Shown: positions 18,043-28,916 of the stretch, one piece after another
How positions within the stretch are numbered: position 1 is the first letter of the stretch
How the letters are laid out: each line of letters starts with the position of its first letter
Assembly (NCBI RefSeq): GCF_000195855.1
Contig: NC_002677.1
Coordinates: forward strand, 570,001 to 602,000
Length of the DNA stretch: 32,000 nucleotides
Origin: Mycobacterium leprae TN
Lineage (GTDB): Bacteria; Actinomycetota; Actinomycetes; Mycobacteriales; Mycobacteriaceae
Reading direction: 5' to 3'
The notes under the pieces: generated by a model
What the model saw: only the letters and a program-made list of their open reading frames with translations
Told to the model about the DNA's origin: nothing
The model's database searches: none
Made by a program: the position numbers and the translations under genes

Positions 18043-19383
18043 CTAGAAGTCACCCAGGATCCGGCTTAGGATGTCAAGGCCTTCGGCCAACAGTTCGTCG
18101 CTTATGGTCAGAGGCGGCAGCAGTCGGATGATGTTGCCGAACATGCCACACGTCAAGATGATGACGCCGGTAGCGTGTGCTGCGGTGGCTACTTTTTCGG
18201 TCAGCTCGGGGTCGGGCTCAGCCGTGCCGGATTTTACCAATTCGACGGCGATCATGGCACCCCGGCCACGTACGTCACCTATCCGATCGTCGGCGTCCTG
18301 AAGTCGCAACAACCGGTCGGTGATCAGCCGTTCGATCTGTTGGGCTCGCTGGATCAGGCCGTCGTTCTCGATGGTCGTGATGGTTGCCAAAGCCGCCGCG
18401 CAGGCGACCGGGTTGCCGCCGAAAGTGCCACCGAGGCCGCTGACGTGCGGGGCGTTCATGATCTCAGCCCGTCCGGTTACCGCCGCCAGCGGCAATCCGT
18501 CGGCGATGCCCTTGGCGGTGCAGATCAGGTCGGGCACGATTCCATCGTGCTCGCAGGCGAACATGGCGCCGGTACGCGCAAACCCCGTTTGCACCTCATC
18601 GGCGATGAACATCACGTTGTTCTTGCGGCACCAATCCAGCAAAGTAGCTAAAAACCCTTCGGCCGGGACGATGAAACCGCCTTCGCCCTGGATCGGCTCA
18701 ATGATCACGGCAGCCAGGTCATCGGCGCCAACCTGCTTCTCAATGACGTTGATGGCCCGTGCGCCGGCCAACTTGCCGTCGGTGGCTAGGTCTTTGTTGA
18801 GCAGGCCGTCCCGATAGGGGTAGGACAGCGGCGCCCGGTAGATCTCCGGCGCAAAAGGACCAAAGCCGCTTTTGTACGGCATGGACTTGGCGGTCAGTGC
18901 CATTGTCAGGTTGGTGCGACCGTGGTAGGCGTGGTCGAACGCGACCACTGCGGGCTTGCGGGTGTACGAACGTGCGACCTTGATAGAATTCTCCACTGCC
19001 TCGGCGCCGGAATTGAACAGCACCGAGCGTTTCTCGCCGGATCCTGGGGTAATTCGATTGAGTTGCTCGGTGACGGCGACGTACTCCTCGTAAGGTGTGA
19101 TTATGAAACAGGTGTGGGTAAAGTCGGCCACCTGGGCGCGCACCGCGTCCACAACGCGAGGCGACGAGTTGCCGATTGTGGTGACGGCGATTCCAGAACC
19201 CAGGTCGATAAGCCGGTTCCCGTCGACGTCCTCGATAACGCCGCCGGCGGCGCGCGTTACAAACACTGGCAGGGTGACTCCCACCCCACGAGGCACCGCC
19301 GCGTTGAGGCGTTTGGCTAGTTCAAGTGACACGGGGCCGGGGATTTCAGTGACCAGCTGACGGCTCTGCTCGACGCTGGTCAC
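18043..19383 (-). CDS. gabT: 4-aminobutyrate--2-oxoglutarate aminotransferase
   Basis: Class III aminotransferase: 'GSGIAVTTIGN', 'FNSGAEAVENSIKVAR', 'IIEPIQGEGGF', 'FIADEVQTGFARTG', PLP-Lys 'CTAKGIADGLPL'. Start set at the GTG at 19383 (VTSVEQSRQLVTEIPGP), with a perfect AGGAGG at 19390-19395 six nt upstream. The track's 19452 start is probably too long. Confidence 0.93.
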   Translation of the reverse strand: MTSVEQSRQLVTEIPGPVSLELAKRLNAAVPRGVGVTLPVFVTRAAGGVIEDVDGNRLIDLGSGIAVTTIGNSSPRVVDAVRAQVADFTHTCFIITPYEEYVAVTEQLNRITPGSGEKRSVLFNSGAEAVENSIKVARSYTRKPAVVAFDHAYHGRTNLTMALTAKSMPYKSGFGPFAPEIYRAPLSYPYRDGLLNKDLATDGKLAGARAINVIEKQVGADDLAAVIIEPIQGEGGFIVPAEGFLATLLDWCRKNNVMFIADEVQTGFARTGAMFACEHDGIVPDLICTAKGIADGLPLAAVTGRAEIMNAPHVSGLGGTFGGNPVACAAALATITTIENDGLIQRAQQIERLITDRLLRLQDADDRIGDVRGRGAMIAVELVKSGTAEPDPELTEKVATAAHATGVIILTCGMFGNIIRLLPPLTISDELLAEGLDILSRILGDF

Positions 19384-19651
19384 GTGGATCCTCCTGACTA
19401 CGACACGCCGGTTGTATCGCAGATAAAGCATAGCCTTTATCGGGGTTCTCACACCGGGCGAGTGTGGCTAGGCCACGTCTCTGGGCGACAGTGTGCGCAC
19501 TGTGCCGGGTTGGGTGCGACTTGGGACCTGCCAGAGTAGATGAGCACAAACTGAACGGTTATTTTGGTGCGCGTCCGCCGGTCAGCTGGCCAGCGTTGCG
19601 CCCAGTACCAAATAAAAAATACATACAAAATACAGGTGGGTTGATGGGTCG

Positions 19652-19996
19652 ATGGAGAGTTTGGTTTTACTCTTACTGTTCCTGCTCATCATGGGTGGGT
19701 TCATGTTTTTCGCGTCGCGGCGTCAAAGACGCTCGATGCAAGCCACGATCGACCTGTACAACTCGCTACAGCCAGGCGACCGAGTGAATACCACCTCCGG
19801 CCTGCAGGCCACCATCATTGTCGTCGGGGACGATACCGTCGATCTTGAGATTGCGCCAGGCGTCGTAACTACTTGGATGAAGCTGGCGATTCGTGATCGG
19901 ATTCTCCCGGACGATGCGTATATGGACGAACACGAGGCCGAACCGGGGGATTTCGTGTACTGCGATGAGCTAGAAGAGTCCGACGGCTCCAGCTAA
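19652..19996 (+). CDS. yajC: Preprotein translocase subunit YajC
   Basis: 114 aa. N-terminal TM 'LVLLLLFLLIMGGFMFFASRRQRR', then 'LQPGDRVNTTSGLQATIIVVGDDTVDLEIAPGV'. Sits directly upstream of secD. Confidence 0.9.
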   Translation: MESLVLLLLFLLIMGGFMFFASRRQRRSMQATIDLYNSLQPGDRVNTTSGLQATIIVVGDDTVDLEIAPGVVTTWMKLAIRDRILPDDAYMDEHEAEPGDFVYCDELEESDGSS

Positions 19997-20113
19997 CGTC
20001 GAGGAACGAGTGATGAGGGATTCCTGACGGCGCTTGTGTCTTGTGTGAAGGGCCTAGTGATGCGACACGTAGGCTCTGTCGGGAAAAACCGATTTCGAGG
20101 AGATACAAGGAAC

Positions 20114-21829
20114 GTGGCATCGTCTTCGGCGCCAGTGCATTTTGGCCGCTACCTGTCGATGTTTCTGGTGTTATTCATCGGGGTCTATCTGTTAGCGTTT
20201 CTCACCGGAGACAAGCGGGTCGTTCCCAGGCTCGGCATAGACCTCCAAGGCGGCACCCGCGTAACGTTGACCGCGCGCACGCCCGACGGCTCGCGCCCCA
20301 GCCGGGAGGCGTTGTCACAGGCGCAGCAGATCATCAGCTCCCGGGTTAACGGGCTCGGAGTATCGGGTTCGGAAGTGGTCGTCGATGGCGACAACCTGGT
20401 CATCACTGTGCCCGGCAACGACGGCAACGAGGCCCGCAACCTGGGCCAGACTGCGCGTCTGTACATCCGGCCGGTGCTTAACTCGCTACCCGTGCAACGT
20501 GGTCAAGACCCCAAGCCGGGTTCCCCTGCCGGCACGTTGCCCAATTTCGCGCCGATGCCGCCCGACCACCCAGGCGCGCAACCACGCCCCTACCTGCAAG
20601 ATCCGACGTCATCACCTAGCTCAGATCCGATGCCAAGTCCAGTGCCAACCGGAGCGGCACTACCGGGTGAGGTTCCCTCGGTTGAGCAGCCCGCGCCACC
20701 GGATCCGCGTAAGGATCTAGCTGAACGCATTGCCGAGGAGAAGAAGTGGCGGCAAAGCACCAAACAGAGTATTCAGTTCCTCGCATTGCAGTTCGAATCC
20801 ACCCACTGCGACAAAGACGACATTCTGGCCGGCAATGACGACCCGAATCTGCCTCTGGCGACCTGCTCGACCGACCATAATATGGCGTATTTGTTAGCGC
20901 CATCGATCATCAGCGGCGACCAGATCCAAAACTCCACGTCCGGCATGAACCAGCGTGGGGTCGGCTACGTCGTCGATCTGCAGTTCAAGTCTGCGGCCGC
21001 AGATGTCTGGGCTGACTTCACCGCCGCCCACATCGGTACTCAGACCGCTTTCACCCTGGACTCCGAGGTGGTCAGCGTCCCGGTAATCAACGAGGCAATT
21101 TTGGGCGGGCGTACCCAGATCAGTGGTGGAGATCCGCCGTTCACCGCCGCAACCGCGCGCCAGCTGGCCAACGTTTTGAAATACGGATCGCTGCCGCTAT
21201 CTTTCGAGCCGTCGGAAGCTCAAACAGTTTCGGCGACTTTGGGGTTGACATCGTTACGGGCGGGTCTGATCGCAGGTGCGATCGGCCTGAGCCTAGTGTT
21301 GCTGTACTCGTTGCTATATTACCGGGTACTTGGATTGCTCACCGCGTTTTCGCTTTTCTGTTCCGGCACAATAATTTTTGCGATCTTGGTGCTCTTGGGT
21401 CGATATATCAATTATACTTTGGACCTTGCGGGTATCGCGGGTCTGATCATCGGTATCGGCACCACTGCCGACTCCTTCGTGGTGTTTTTCGAGCGGATCA
21501 AAGATGAGATCCGCGAAGGCCGTTCGTTCCGGTCGGCTGTTCCTCGTGGCTGGGTGCGTGCCCGCAAGACGATCGTGTCCGGCAACGCTGTCACCTTCCT
21601 GGCGGCTGCTGTGCTGCACTTCCTGGCGATTGGCCAAGTAAAGGGATTTGCTTTCACCCTCGGCCTTACCACGATCCTGGACCTGGTGGTGGTGTTCCTG
21701 GTGACCTGGCCGCTGGTGTACTTGGCTTCCAAGTCTCCGTTGCTGGCAAGGCCGGCATACAACGGCTTGGGCGCCGTTCAACAGGTTGCCCGCGAACGAC
21801 GGGCTTCCGCCAAGACAGGACGGGGGTAG
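20114..21829 (+). CDS. secD: Protein translocase subunit SecD
   Basis: '[15 protein letters not shown]', a Pro-rich periplasmic insert, and C-terminal TM bundle '[30 protein letters not shown]'. Start set at the GTG at 20114 (VASSSAPVH...), preceded by GGAGA...AAGGAA. The ATG at 20060 or the track start at 20036 remain possible. Confidence 0.9.
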
Positions 21830-21833
21830 CGCG

Positions 21834-23249
21834 ATGGTCTCCAGAGCCAAAGTCGGCGCCGAGACCACCAAGGGTATCGACGAACCAGACCGAAATGACA
21901 ACACCGACGACAATGGCGCCGGTGCGGTCGAAGTCACCGAAGCCGCCGAGGATGCCGTGGAGCTGACTAACGATATATCCACACAGCTGCCGCAGCACGG
22001 CTTTCTTGCTCGGTTCTACACCGGCCTTTCTCGACTGTACACCGGCACCGGTGTGTTCGAGGTGGTGGGACGCCGGCGGCTGTGGTACAGCGTGGGCGGC
22101 GTCATCGTGGCGGTTGCGGTCCTGTCCATTATCGTTCGCGGGTTTACTTTCGGGATTGATTTCAAGGGCGGCACCACGGTGTCCATGCCTGTCTCGCCCG
22201 GAGTGGGGGGGACAGGCGCAATTGAGGTTGCGCAGGTTGCCGATGTCTTCAAGAAGACCCTTGGCAGTGATCCGGAATCGGTGGTCGTTGTTGGTAACGG
22301 CGCGTCAGCAACGGTGCGGATCAGTTCGAAAACGCTGTCCAATGACCAGACGTCGAAGCTGCGTAACGCCTTGTTTGACGCATTCGGACCCAAAGGCGCC
22401 GACGCTAAGCCTAGCAAGCAGGCAATCAGCGACGCGGCGGTATCGGAGACCTGGGGCGGTCAGATCACCAAGAAGGTGGTGATCGCTCTTGTGGTGTTTC
22501 TGGTGCTAGTCGGCCTGTACATCACTGTGCGGTACGAGCGTTATATGGCTATCTCCGCACTGACTACCATGTGTTTTGACCTGACCGTCACAGCCGGCGT
22601 GTACTCGCTGGTGGGCTTCGAAGTCACTCCGGCCACTGTCATCGGCTTGTTGACGATCCTCGGTTTCTCTCTCTACGACACCGTTATCGTGTTCGACAAA
22701 GTTGAGGAGAATACCCACGGTTTCCAGCACACCACTCGGCGCACCTTCGCTGAGCAGGCTAACTTGGCGATCAATCAGACCTTCATGCGTTCGATCAACA
22801 CCAGCCTGATCTCGGTACTACCGGTGTTGGCGCTGATGGTGGTCGCGGTGTGGTTGCTGGGCGTCGGTACGCTCAAGGACCTGGCATTAGTGCAGCTGGT
22901 CGGCATCATTGTCGGCACCTACTCGTCGATCTTCTTTGCAACTCCACTGTTGGTCACGCTGCGTGAACGCACAGAGCTGGTACGCACCCACACCCGCCGG
23001 GTAGTCAAACGGCGCACCCTCGGTTCGCAAGTGGGCAAAAAAAACGCTGACAGCCACGTTGCAGCAGGCACCCGAAAACCGCAGAATCAAGCGGAATCCT
23101 GCGCTGACGCATCGTCGCAGGAGGGCACCGAGGTCGCCACCGCGTCCGTGCCCACGGTACTCAGCAAGCTGGCACCGGGAGTGCGTCCGGTGCGGCCGAC
23201 CGGTACCCGACGTCCTACCGGCAAGCGAAACAACGTCGGTCGGCGGTAG
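21834..23249 (+). CDS. secF: Protein translocase subunit SecF
   Basis: 'FTFGIDFKGGTTV', 'ILGFSLYDTVIVFDKVEEN', and a basic Pro-rich tail. The ATG at 21834 (MVSRAKVGAE...) is 4 nt after the secD stop and preceded by GGACGGGGG. The track start at 21786 overlaps secD. Confidence 0.92.
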   Translation: MVSRAKVGAETTKGIDEPDRNDNTDDNGAGAVEVTEAAEDAVELTNDISTQLPQHGFLARFYTGLSRLYTGTGVFEVVGRRRLWYSVGGVIVAVAVLSIIVRGFTFGIDFKGGTTVSMPVSPGVGGTGAIEVAQVADVFKKTLGSDPESVVVVGNGASATVRISSKTLSNDQTSKLRNALFDAFGPKGADAKPSKQAISDAAVSETWGGQITKKVVIALVVFLVLVGLYITVRYERYMAISALTTMCFDLTVTAGVYSLVGFEVTPATVIGLLTILGFSLYDTVIVFDKVEENTHGFQHTTRRTFAEQANLAINQTFMRSINTSLISVLPVLALMVVAVWLLGVGTLKDLALVQLVGIIVGTYSSIFFATPLLVTLRERTELVRTHTRRVVKRRTLGSQVGKKNADSHVAAGTRKPQNQAESCADASSQEGTEVATASVPTVLSKLAPGVRPVRPTGTRRPTGKRNNVGRR

Positions 23250-23254
23250 TCAAG

Positions 23255-24961
23255 GTGGCTACCCGAGGTTGGCAAGCCGTGAGTGAGTACGATTTGCGGT
23301 CCGGCTTATTCGGGGTTTTGCGGTGGACTGCAGTAGGCTTGGTCGCGACGCTGGTGGCTTCTTTGGCGCTGACTGCGTGTTCTGGAAGCGCCGCGGGGGA
23401 GATCGTCTATGTGGTCGACGGGGCGTTGGGTACCTACAACACTAACACCATCGTCGGTGCTGCGTCGGCCGGAGCGCAGGCGTTTGCCCGCACGCTCATC
23501 GGCTTCGGCTATCACGGCCCCGATGGACAGATAGTCGCTGACCACGACTTCGGAACCATCACGGTGGTGGGCGGGGTGCCATTAGTGCTCGACTACCAGA
23601 TAGCCGACAATGCTGTCTACTCCGACGGCAAGCAGGTGACTTGCGATGATTTGGTGCTGACCTGGGCTGCCCAGTCTGGGCGGTTTCCCGGCTTCGATGC
23701 TGCCACCCAGGCCGGTTACCGCGACATTGCTAATATCGAGTGCCTGGCCGGGCAGAAGAAATCCCGCGTGTTCTTCGTCCCGGACCGCAGCGTTGTCGAT
23801 TATGAACAGCTGTTCGCCGCGACCTCGATGATGCCGTCACACGTCATCGCTGACCAACTGAATATCGACGTGACGGAGGCATTGCTGACCCACAATGCGA
23901 CATTGGTGGAACAGATCGCGCGATTGTGGAACACCACCTGGGACCTCAAACCAGCTGTCGATTTGAGACGCTTCCCGTCGTCAGGCCCATACAAGATCGA
24001 ATCCGTCTTGAACGGTGGCGCTGTAGTGCTTGTAGCCAACGACCGTTGGTGGGGTCTCAAGGCGACCACCAAGCGGATCACAGTACGGCCACAGGAAGCC
24101 GACATCCAGGACCGAGTCAACAACCGCAGCGTCGACGTCGTCGATGTCGCGGTCGGGTCGTCGGGATCGCTGGCCACTCCGGACAATTACGCGCGCATCG
24201 ACTCGCCGTCGGCGGGCATCGAGCAGCTGATCTTTGCGCCGCAGGGGCTGCTGGCTGCGGCTGCCGCCCGCCGCGCACTCGCGCTGTGTACGCCCCGCGA
24301 CGTGGTCGCTCGAGACGCGGGGTTGTCGATCGCCAACTCACGCCTGTCCCCGGCTACCGAGGATGCCATCGCTGCGGCCGACGGTGCTCGCGAGGCCGGC
24401 CAGTTCAGCAAGGCGGATCCCGCCGCAGCGCACGACGCACTTAGTGGTGAGACGTTGCCGGTGCGGATCGGCTACCAAGGGCCCAACGCACGGTTGGCGG
24501 CCACCGTCGGGACTATCGCCAAGGCGTGCGCTGTAGCTGGTATCAGTGTGTCCAGCGTTACCTTGGACTCCTCGACGGACCCCTCGGGCCCGCAGGCGCT
24601 TCGGGACGGAAAGATCGACGTGCTGTTGGCCAGCACTGGTGGCGCCACCGGCAGCGGATCGAGTGGGTCATCTTCGATGGATGCCTATGACCTACACACC
24701 GGCAACGGCAACAACCTGTCTGGCTATGCAAACGCGCAGGTTGACAACAATATCGGCGCGTTGGCGGTATCCGCTGACCCAGCCGAGCGTGTTCGGCTCC
24801 TCGCCGATAGTGCACCTGTACTCTGGGCGGATATGCCGACATTGCCTCTATACCGGCAGCAGCGAATGCTGCTGATGTCGAAGACAATGTATGCAGTTAC
24901 CAGGAATCCGACCCGTTGGGGCGCGGGTTGGAACATGGATCGATGGGCGTTAGTACGATGA
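23255..24961 (+). CDS. Lipoprotein, ABC-type solute-binding protein family 5-like (Rv2585c homologue)
   Basis: Signal peptide with lipobox 'LVASLALTAC|SGS'. 568-aa ORF with continuous similarity to the Rv2585c sequence as I recall it (e.g. 'YNTNT..GAASAGAQAFART', 'GSGSSGSS.MDAYDL', 'NPTRWGAGWNMDRWAL'). The start could instead be the internal GTG near 23280. Confidence 0.85.
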   Translation: MATRGWQAVSEYDLRSGLFGVLRWTAVGLVATLVASLALTACSGSAAGEIVYVVDGALGTYNTNTIVGAASAGAQAFARTLIGFGYHGPDGQIVADHDFGTITVVGGVPLVLDYQIADNAVYSDGKQVTCDDLVLTWAAQSGRFPGFDAATQAGYRDIANIECLAGQKKSRVFFVPDRSVVDYEQLFAATSMMPSHVIADQLNIDVTEALLTHNATLVEQIARLWNTTWDLKPAVDLRRFPSSGPYKIESVLNGGAVVLVANDRWWGLKATTKRITVRPQEADIQDRVNNRSVDVVDVAVGSSGSLATPDNYARIDSPSAGIEQLIFAPQGLLAAAAARRALALCTPRDVVARDAGLSIANSRLSPATEDAIAAADGAREAGQFSKADPAAAHDALSGETLPVRIGYQGPNARLAATVGTIAKACAVAGISVSSVTLDSSTDPSGPQALRDGKIDVLLASTGGATGSGSSGSSSMDAYDLHTGNGNNLSGYANAQVDNNIGALAVSADPAERVRLLADSAPVLWADMPTLPLYRQQRMLLMSKTMYAVTRNPTRWGAGWNMDRWALVR

Positions 24962-24990
24962 AAAGCTTTAAGGTTTGAGGAGGTGTCTCC

Positions 24991-25510
24991 GTGGCCGACC
25001 TTATCGCTGCCTTGACTCGGAATGCGGCCGATTTCCCGACGCCAGCCATCCAGTTCAAGGACCTTACTCCGCTGTTCGCTGACTGACAGGCGATGGCCAG
25101 CGGTGATCGATGCGTTAGCAGACGTTGCAGCTGGCGCTGATCTGGTCACCGGCCTCGAGTTTCGAGGGACTATGGTGGTTGCAGCTACAGCGGCCCGGCT
25201 CGACATCGGTGTATTGGCCATTCGCAAGAGCGGCAAGCTGCCGCTGTCTGTGCTCAGCGAAGATTACATCATGGAGTAACGGCCAGCGGCATCATCGAGG
25301 TACCCGCTGACAGCGTCGAGCTACGCAGCCGCAACGTGGTGATTATTGACGACGTCTTGGCGACTGCCGGCACTCTCGGTGTGGTGTGCCGATTATTGGA
25401 GCGCAGCGGGTCCGGTGCCATTGCGGCGGCGGTAGGTTATGGAACTCACGGCGTTGGGTGGTCGCGAGGCGATCGCACCGCTGCAGGTACAAAGTTTGAG
25501 CCGCGCCTAG
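24991..25510 (+). pseudogene. apt: Adenine phosphoribosyltransferase pseudogene (in-frame stop plus at least 3 frameshifts)
   Basis: GAGGAGG followed by GTG at 24991 gives '[31 protein letters not shown]' (TGA at 25084-25086). The reading then moves through three more frames:
- frame 2: '[45 protein letters not shown]...EDYIME*'
- frame 1: '[15 protein letters not shown]' (PRPP-binding motif)
- frame 2: '[24 protein letters not shown]'. Confidence 0.85.
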
Positions 25511-25606
25511 CCTCGCTATCTGGGTACTTCCCCTCCGTGCTGGAATGGCTTGGGAGAAGCAGGTCAATCGGACTCAGGGATATCCTTAAGGTCGGAGGTG
25601 ACCAAC

Positions 25607-27970
25607 GTGGCGGACGACCAAGGTACGGCGCAAGCTTTGCAACCAGTTCAGGTGGTCCCCGGCCCTGCTGTTGAGGCACCGGAGACGCCGGTCGAAACCC
25701 TGAAGACTTCTAGCAGTGCGTCTCGTCGGGTCCGGGCTCGGTTGGCCCGTCGGATGACCGCTCAACGCAGCACCATCAGTCCCGTGCTCGAGCCGCTGGT
25801 GGCTGTGCATAAAGAGTTTTATCCCAAGGCAAACCTTTCGATAGTGCAGCGAGCCTTTGAAGTCGCCGACCAACGGCACGCCAGTCAACTGCGGCGTTCC
25901 GGTGATCCGTACATCACCCATCCGCTGGCCGTTGCCAACATTTTGGCTGAGTTGGGCATGGATATCACTACCCTGGTGGCTGCGCTACTGCACGACACGG
26001 TCGAGGACACCGGTTACACGCTCGAGGCACTGTCCGAAGAATTTGGCGACGAGGTAGGCCATCTCGTCGACGGGGTGACCAAGCTGGATCGGGTGGTGCT
26101 GGGCAGTGCTGCCGAGGGCGAGACCATCCGCAAGATGATTACCGCAATGGCCCGTGATCCACGGGTGTTGGTTATCAAGGTGGCCGACCGGTTGCATAAC
26201 ATGCGCACCATGCGCTTCCTGCCTCCGGAAAAGCAGGCGCGCAAGGCCCGTGAGACATTGGAAGTCATTGCACCACTAGCGCATAGGCTAGGTATGGCCA
26301 GTGTTAAGTGGGAGTTGGAAGACCTGTCTTTCGCGATCTTGCATCCCAAAAAATACGAGGAGATCGTACGGCTGGTAGCGGGCCGTGCACCGTCCCGCGA
26401 TACCTACCTGGCCAAGGTCCGTGCCGAGATCATAAGTACCCTGGGTGCGTCGAAAATCAAGGCGACGGTGGAGGGCCGGCCCAAGCATTACTGGTCGATT
26501 TATCAGAAAATGATCGTCAAGGGGCGAGACTTCGACGATATTCACGACTTGGTCGGCATCCGTATCCTGTGCGACGAGATCCGCGACTGCTATGCCGCTG
26601 TCGGCGTGGTGCATTCGTTGTGGCAGCCGATGGCGGGACGGTTTAAAGACTACATTGCTCAGCCGAGGTATGGTGTGTACCAGTCGTTGCACACCACGGT
26701 CGTTGGGCCCGAGGGCAAGCCTTTGGAAGTACAGATTCGTACCCGCGATATGCACCGTACCGCCGAATACGGCATAGCAGCGCACTGGCGCTATAAAGAA
26801 GCCAAGGGCCGCAACGGTGTTCTGCATCCACATGCAGCCGCAGAGATCGACGATATGGCCTGGATGCGGCAGCTTCTCGACTGGCAACGAGAGGCCGCCG
26901 AACCAGGTGAGTTCTTGGAGTCGTTGCGTTACGACCTTGCAGTGCAAGAGATTTTTGTGTTCACTCCTAAAGGGGACGTCATCACGTTGCCGACTGGGTC
27001 AACGCCGGTGGACTTTGCCTATGCGGTGCACACCGAGGTCGGGCACCGATGCATTGGTGCCAGAGTCAACGGACGACTGGTGGCGCTGGAGCGCAAGCTG
27101 GAAAACGGGGAATTCGTAGAGATTTTCACATCCAAAGCTCCCAATGCCGGGCCTTCGCGGGATTGGCAGCAGTTCGTGGTGTCGCCGCGCGCTAAGACGA
27201 AGATCCGTCAATGGTTCGCCAAGGAGCGGCGTGAGGAAGCACTGGAGGCTGGTAAGGATGCGATGGCCCGCGAGGTACGTCGCGGTGGACTTCCTTTGCA
27301 GCGCTTGGTGAATGGTGAGTCCATGGCGGCAGTGGCCCGTGAGCTACATTACATTGACGTGTCCGCACTGTATACCGCAATTGGTGAAGGACACGTGTCT
27401 GCCCGGCACGTCGTGCAGCGGCTGTTGGCCGAGTTGGGCGGTATCGATCAGGCTGAAGAGGAACTGGCCGAACGGTCCACACCGACGACCATGCTGCGCC
27501 GTCAACGCAGCACCGATGATGTCGGGGTTTCGGTCCCCGGCGCCCCAGGTGTGCTGACTAAGCTAGCCAAATGCTGCACGCCGGTACCTGGCGATGCGAT
27601 CATGGGGTTCGTTACCCGCGGCGGCGGGGTTAGTGTGCACCGCACCGACTGCACCAACACGGCATCGCTGCAGCAGCAGGCCGAGCGCATCATCGAGGTG
27701 TTGTGGGCGCCGTCGTCGTCGTCGGTGTTTCTGGTGGCGATTCAGGTGGAGGCGCTCGACCGGCATCGGCTGCTGTTGGACATAACACGCGCGTTAGCCG
27801 ACGAAAGGGTGGACATTCTATCGGCGTCGGTCACCACGTCGGGTGACCGGGTGGCGATCAGCCGGTTTACCTTCGAGATGGGTGACCCCAAGCACCTCGG
27901 ACATCTGCTCAATGTGGTCCGCAATGTCGAAGGCGTTTACGATGTCTATCGGGTGATGTCTGCGTCTTGA
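25607..27970 (+). CDS. relA: Bifunctional (p)ppGpp synthetase/hydrolase RelA (Rel)
   Basis: HD hydrolase 'ITHPLAVA...LLHDTVEDT'. Synthetase '[12 protein letters not shown]', '[10 protein letters not shown]', '[10 protein letters not shown]'. TGS '[27 protein letters not shown]'. C-terminal ACT-like domain. Start set at the GTG at 25607 ([10 protein letters not shown]), preceded by GGAGG at about 25593-25597. The track start at 25550 lies in the apt remnant tail. Confidence 0.95.
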   Translation: MADDQGTAQALQPVQVVPGPAVEAPETPVETLKTSSSASRRVRARLARRMTAQRSTISPVLEPLVAVHKEFYPKANLSIVQRAFEVADQRHASQLRRSGDPYITHPLAVANILAELGMDITTLVAALLHDTVEDTGYTLEALSEEFGDEVGHLVDGVTKLDRVVLGSAAEGETIRKMITAMARDPRVLVIKVADRLHNMRTMRFLPPEKQARKARETLEVIAPLAHRLGMASVKWELEDLSFAILHPKKYEEIVRLVAGRAPSRDTYLAKVRAEIISTLGASKIKATVEGRPKHYWSIYQKMIVKGRDFDDIHDLVGIRILCDEIRDCYAAVGVVHSLWQPMAGRFKDYIAQPRYGVYQSLHTTVVGPEGKPLEVQIRTRDMHRTAEYGIAAHWRYKEAKGRNGVLHPHAAAEIDDMAWMRQLLDWQREAAEPGEFLESLRYDLAVQEIFVFTPKGDVITLPTGSTPVDFAYAVHTEVGHRCIGARVNGRLVALERKLENGEFVEIFTSKAPNAGPSRDWQQFVVSPRAKTKIRQWFAKERREEALEAGKDAMAREVRRGGLPLQRLVNGESMAAVARELHYIDVSALYTAIGEGHVSARHVVQRLLAELGGIDQAEEELAERSTPTTMLRRQRSTDDVGVSVPGAPGVLTKLAKCCTPVPGDAIMGFVTRGGGVSVHRTDCTNTASLQQQAERIIEVLWAPSSSSVFLVAIQVEALDRHRLLLDITRALADERVDILSASVTTSGDRVAISRFTFEMGDPKHLGHLLNVVRNVEGVYDVYRVMSAS

Positions 27971-28028
27971 CGTTCGGGTGGTTACTCGGCAAATCCCCCT
28001 CTGCTTTGACGTGGATGACCGGACGGCT

Positions 28029-28916
28029 TTAGTCGAGCCGCAGCGACTCGATGGTAACTTCGGTGGCTGGTGGCCCGTCATCACCGCCGCTGGCGATTCC
28101 GCCCTTAGCTATCTTGTCCAGCGTGGCCAGCCCGTCAGCCTGGATCGTGCCGAAGACGGTGTACTCAGGCGGTAACTGTGAGTCATGGTAGACTAGAAAA
28201 AATTGGCTGCCATTGGTGTTCGGACCGCTATTGGCCATTGCCAGTGTGCCACGCGGATACAGAACAGGTTGCTTCAATTTAGGGTCGTTGGGCGGGTACT
28301 GATCTGTGGGGTACTCGTTAGCGAACTTGTATCCTGGGCCGCCGGTGCCGTCGACTTTCGGGTCGCCACACTGTAAGACGCCCAGCATCAGGGAAGTGGT
28401 CAACCTATGACATTTTGTGTTGTTGAAAAAGCCCTGGCCGGTTAGACTGGCGAAACTATTTACCGTGCAAGGTGATTCGGCATTGTTTAGCAATAGACCG
28501 ATATTGCCCTGGTTGGTAGCCATACTTGCGCTCACTGTGGCTGGATCGGTCGGCACCTTGCCGGCCCGTGGCGGCTTGACTGGCTTGGCGGCCTTGTCCG
28601 CTGATGGTGGGTACTGGCAGTTGACGCCCAGGTTGGTCGACGGTTGGAATGATGGCAATGGCAGAACTGACGGCGTAACGGCGGGAGTCTTAGTCGCTGT
28701 CAGGGAGTTACTGGCGGTCGACGAAGCGGTATCGTGCTTGTGGCCAAGCTTGCTGATCACGACGGTAGCCACTACCGTAATAATTACGGCCACTGCCACT
28801 ACCACGCCACCGCTTATCAACAGGACTCGGCGCCATCGGGCCTGCTTAGCGCGGCGCTCCAGCTGTCGTTTCAGTTTGCGCTTGGCTGTTGCGCGTCGCT
28901 GTTCGTTGGTCGGCAC
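28029..28916 (-). CDS. ppiB: Peptidyl-prolyl cis-trans isomerase B (membrane-anchored cyclophilin)
   Basis: Basic N-terminus, TM 'VLLISGGVVVAVAVIITVVATVVI', a Ser/Thr/Pro linker, then a cyclophilin core 'FHRL..', 'GTLAMANSGPNTNGSQFFLVY', 'YTVFG'. Confidence 0.93.
   Translation of the reverse strand: MPTNEQRRATAKRKLKRQLERRAKQARWRRVLLISGGVVVAVAVIITVVATVVISKLGHKHDTASSTASNSLTATKTPAVTPSVLPLPSFQPSTNLGVNCQYPPSADKAAKPVKPPRAGKVPTDPATVSASMATNQGNIGLLLNNAESPCTVNSFASLTGQGFFNNTKCHRLTTSLMLGVLQCGDPKVDGTGGPGYKFANEYPTDQYPPNDPKLKQPVLYPRGTLAMANSGPNTNGSQFFLVYHDSQLPPEYTVFGTIQADGLATLDKIAKGGIASGGDDGPPATEVTIESLRLD

Noticed and set aside
27971-28028. Possible bidirectional terminator between convergent relA and ppiB
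   Set aside because: I could not find a stem of 6 bp or more in the 58-bp gap, so no terminator is called.
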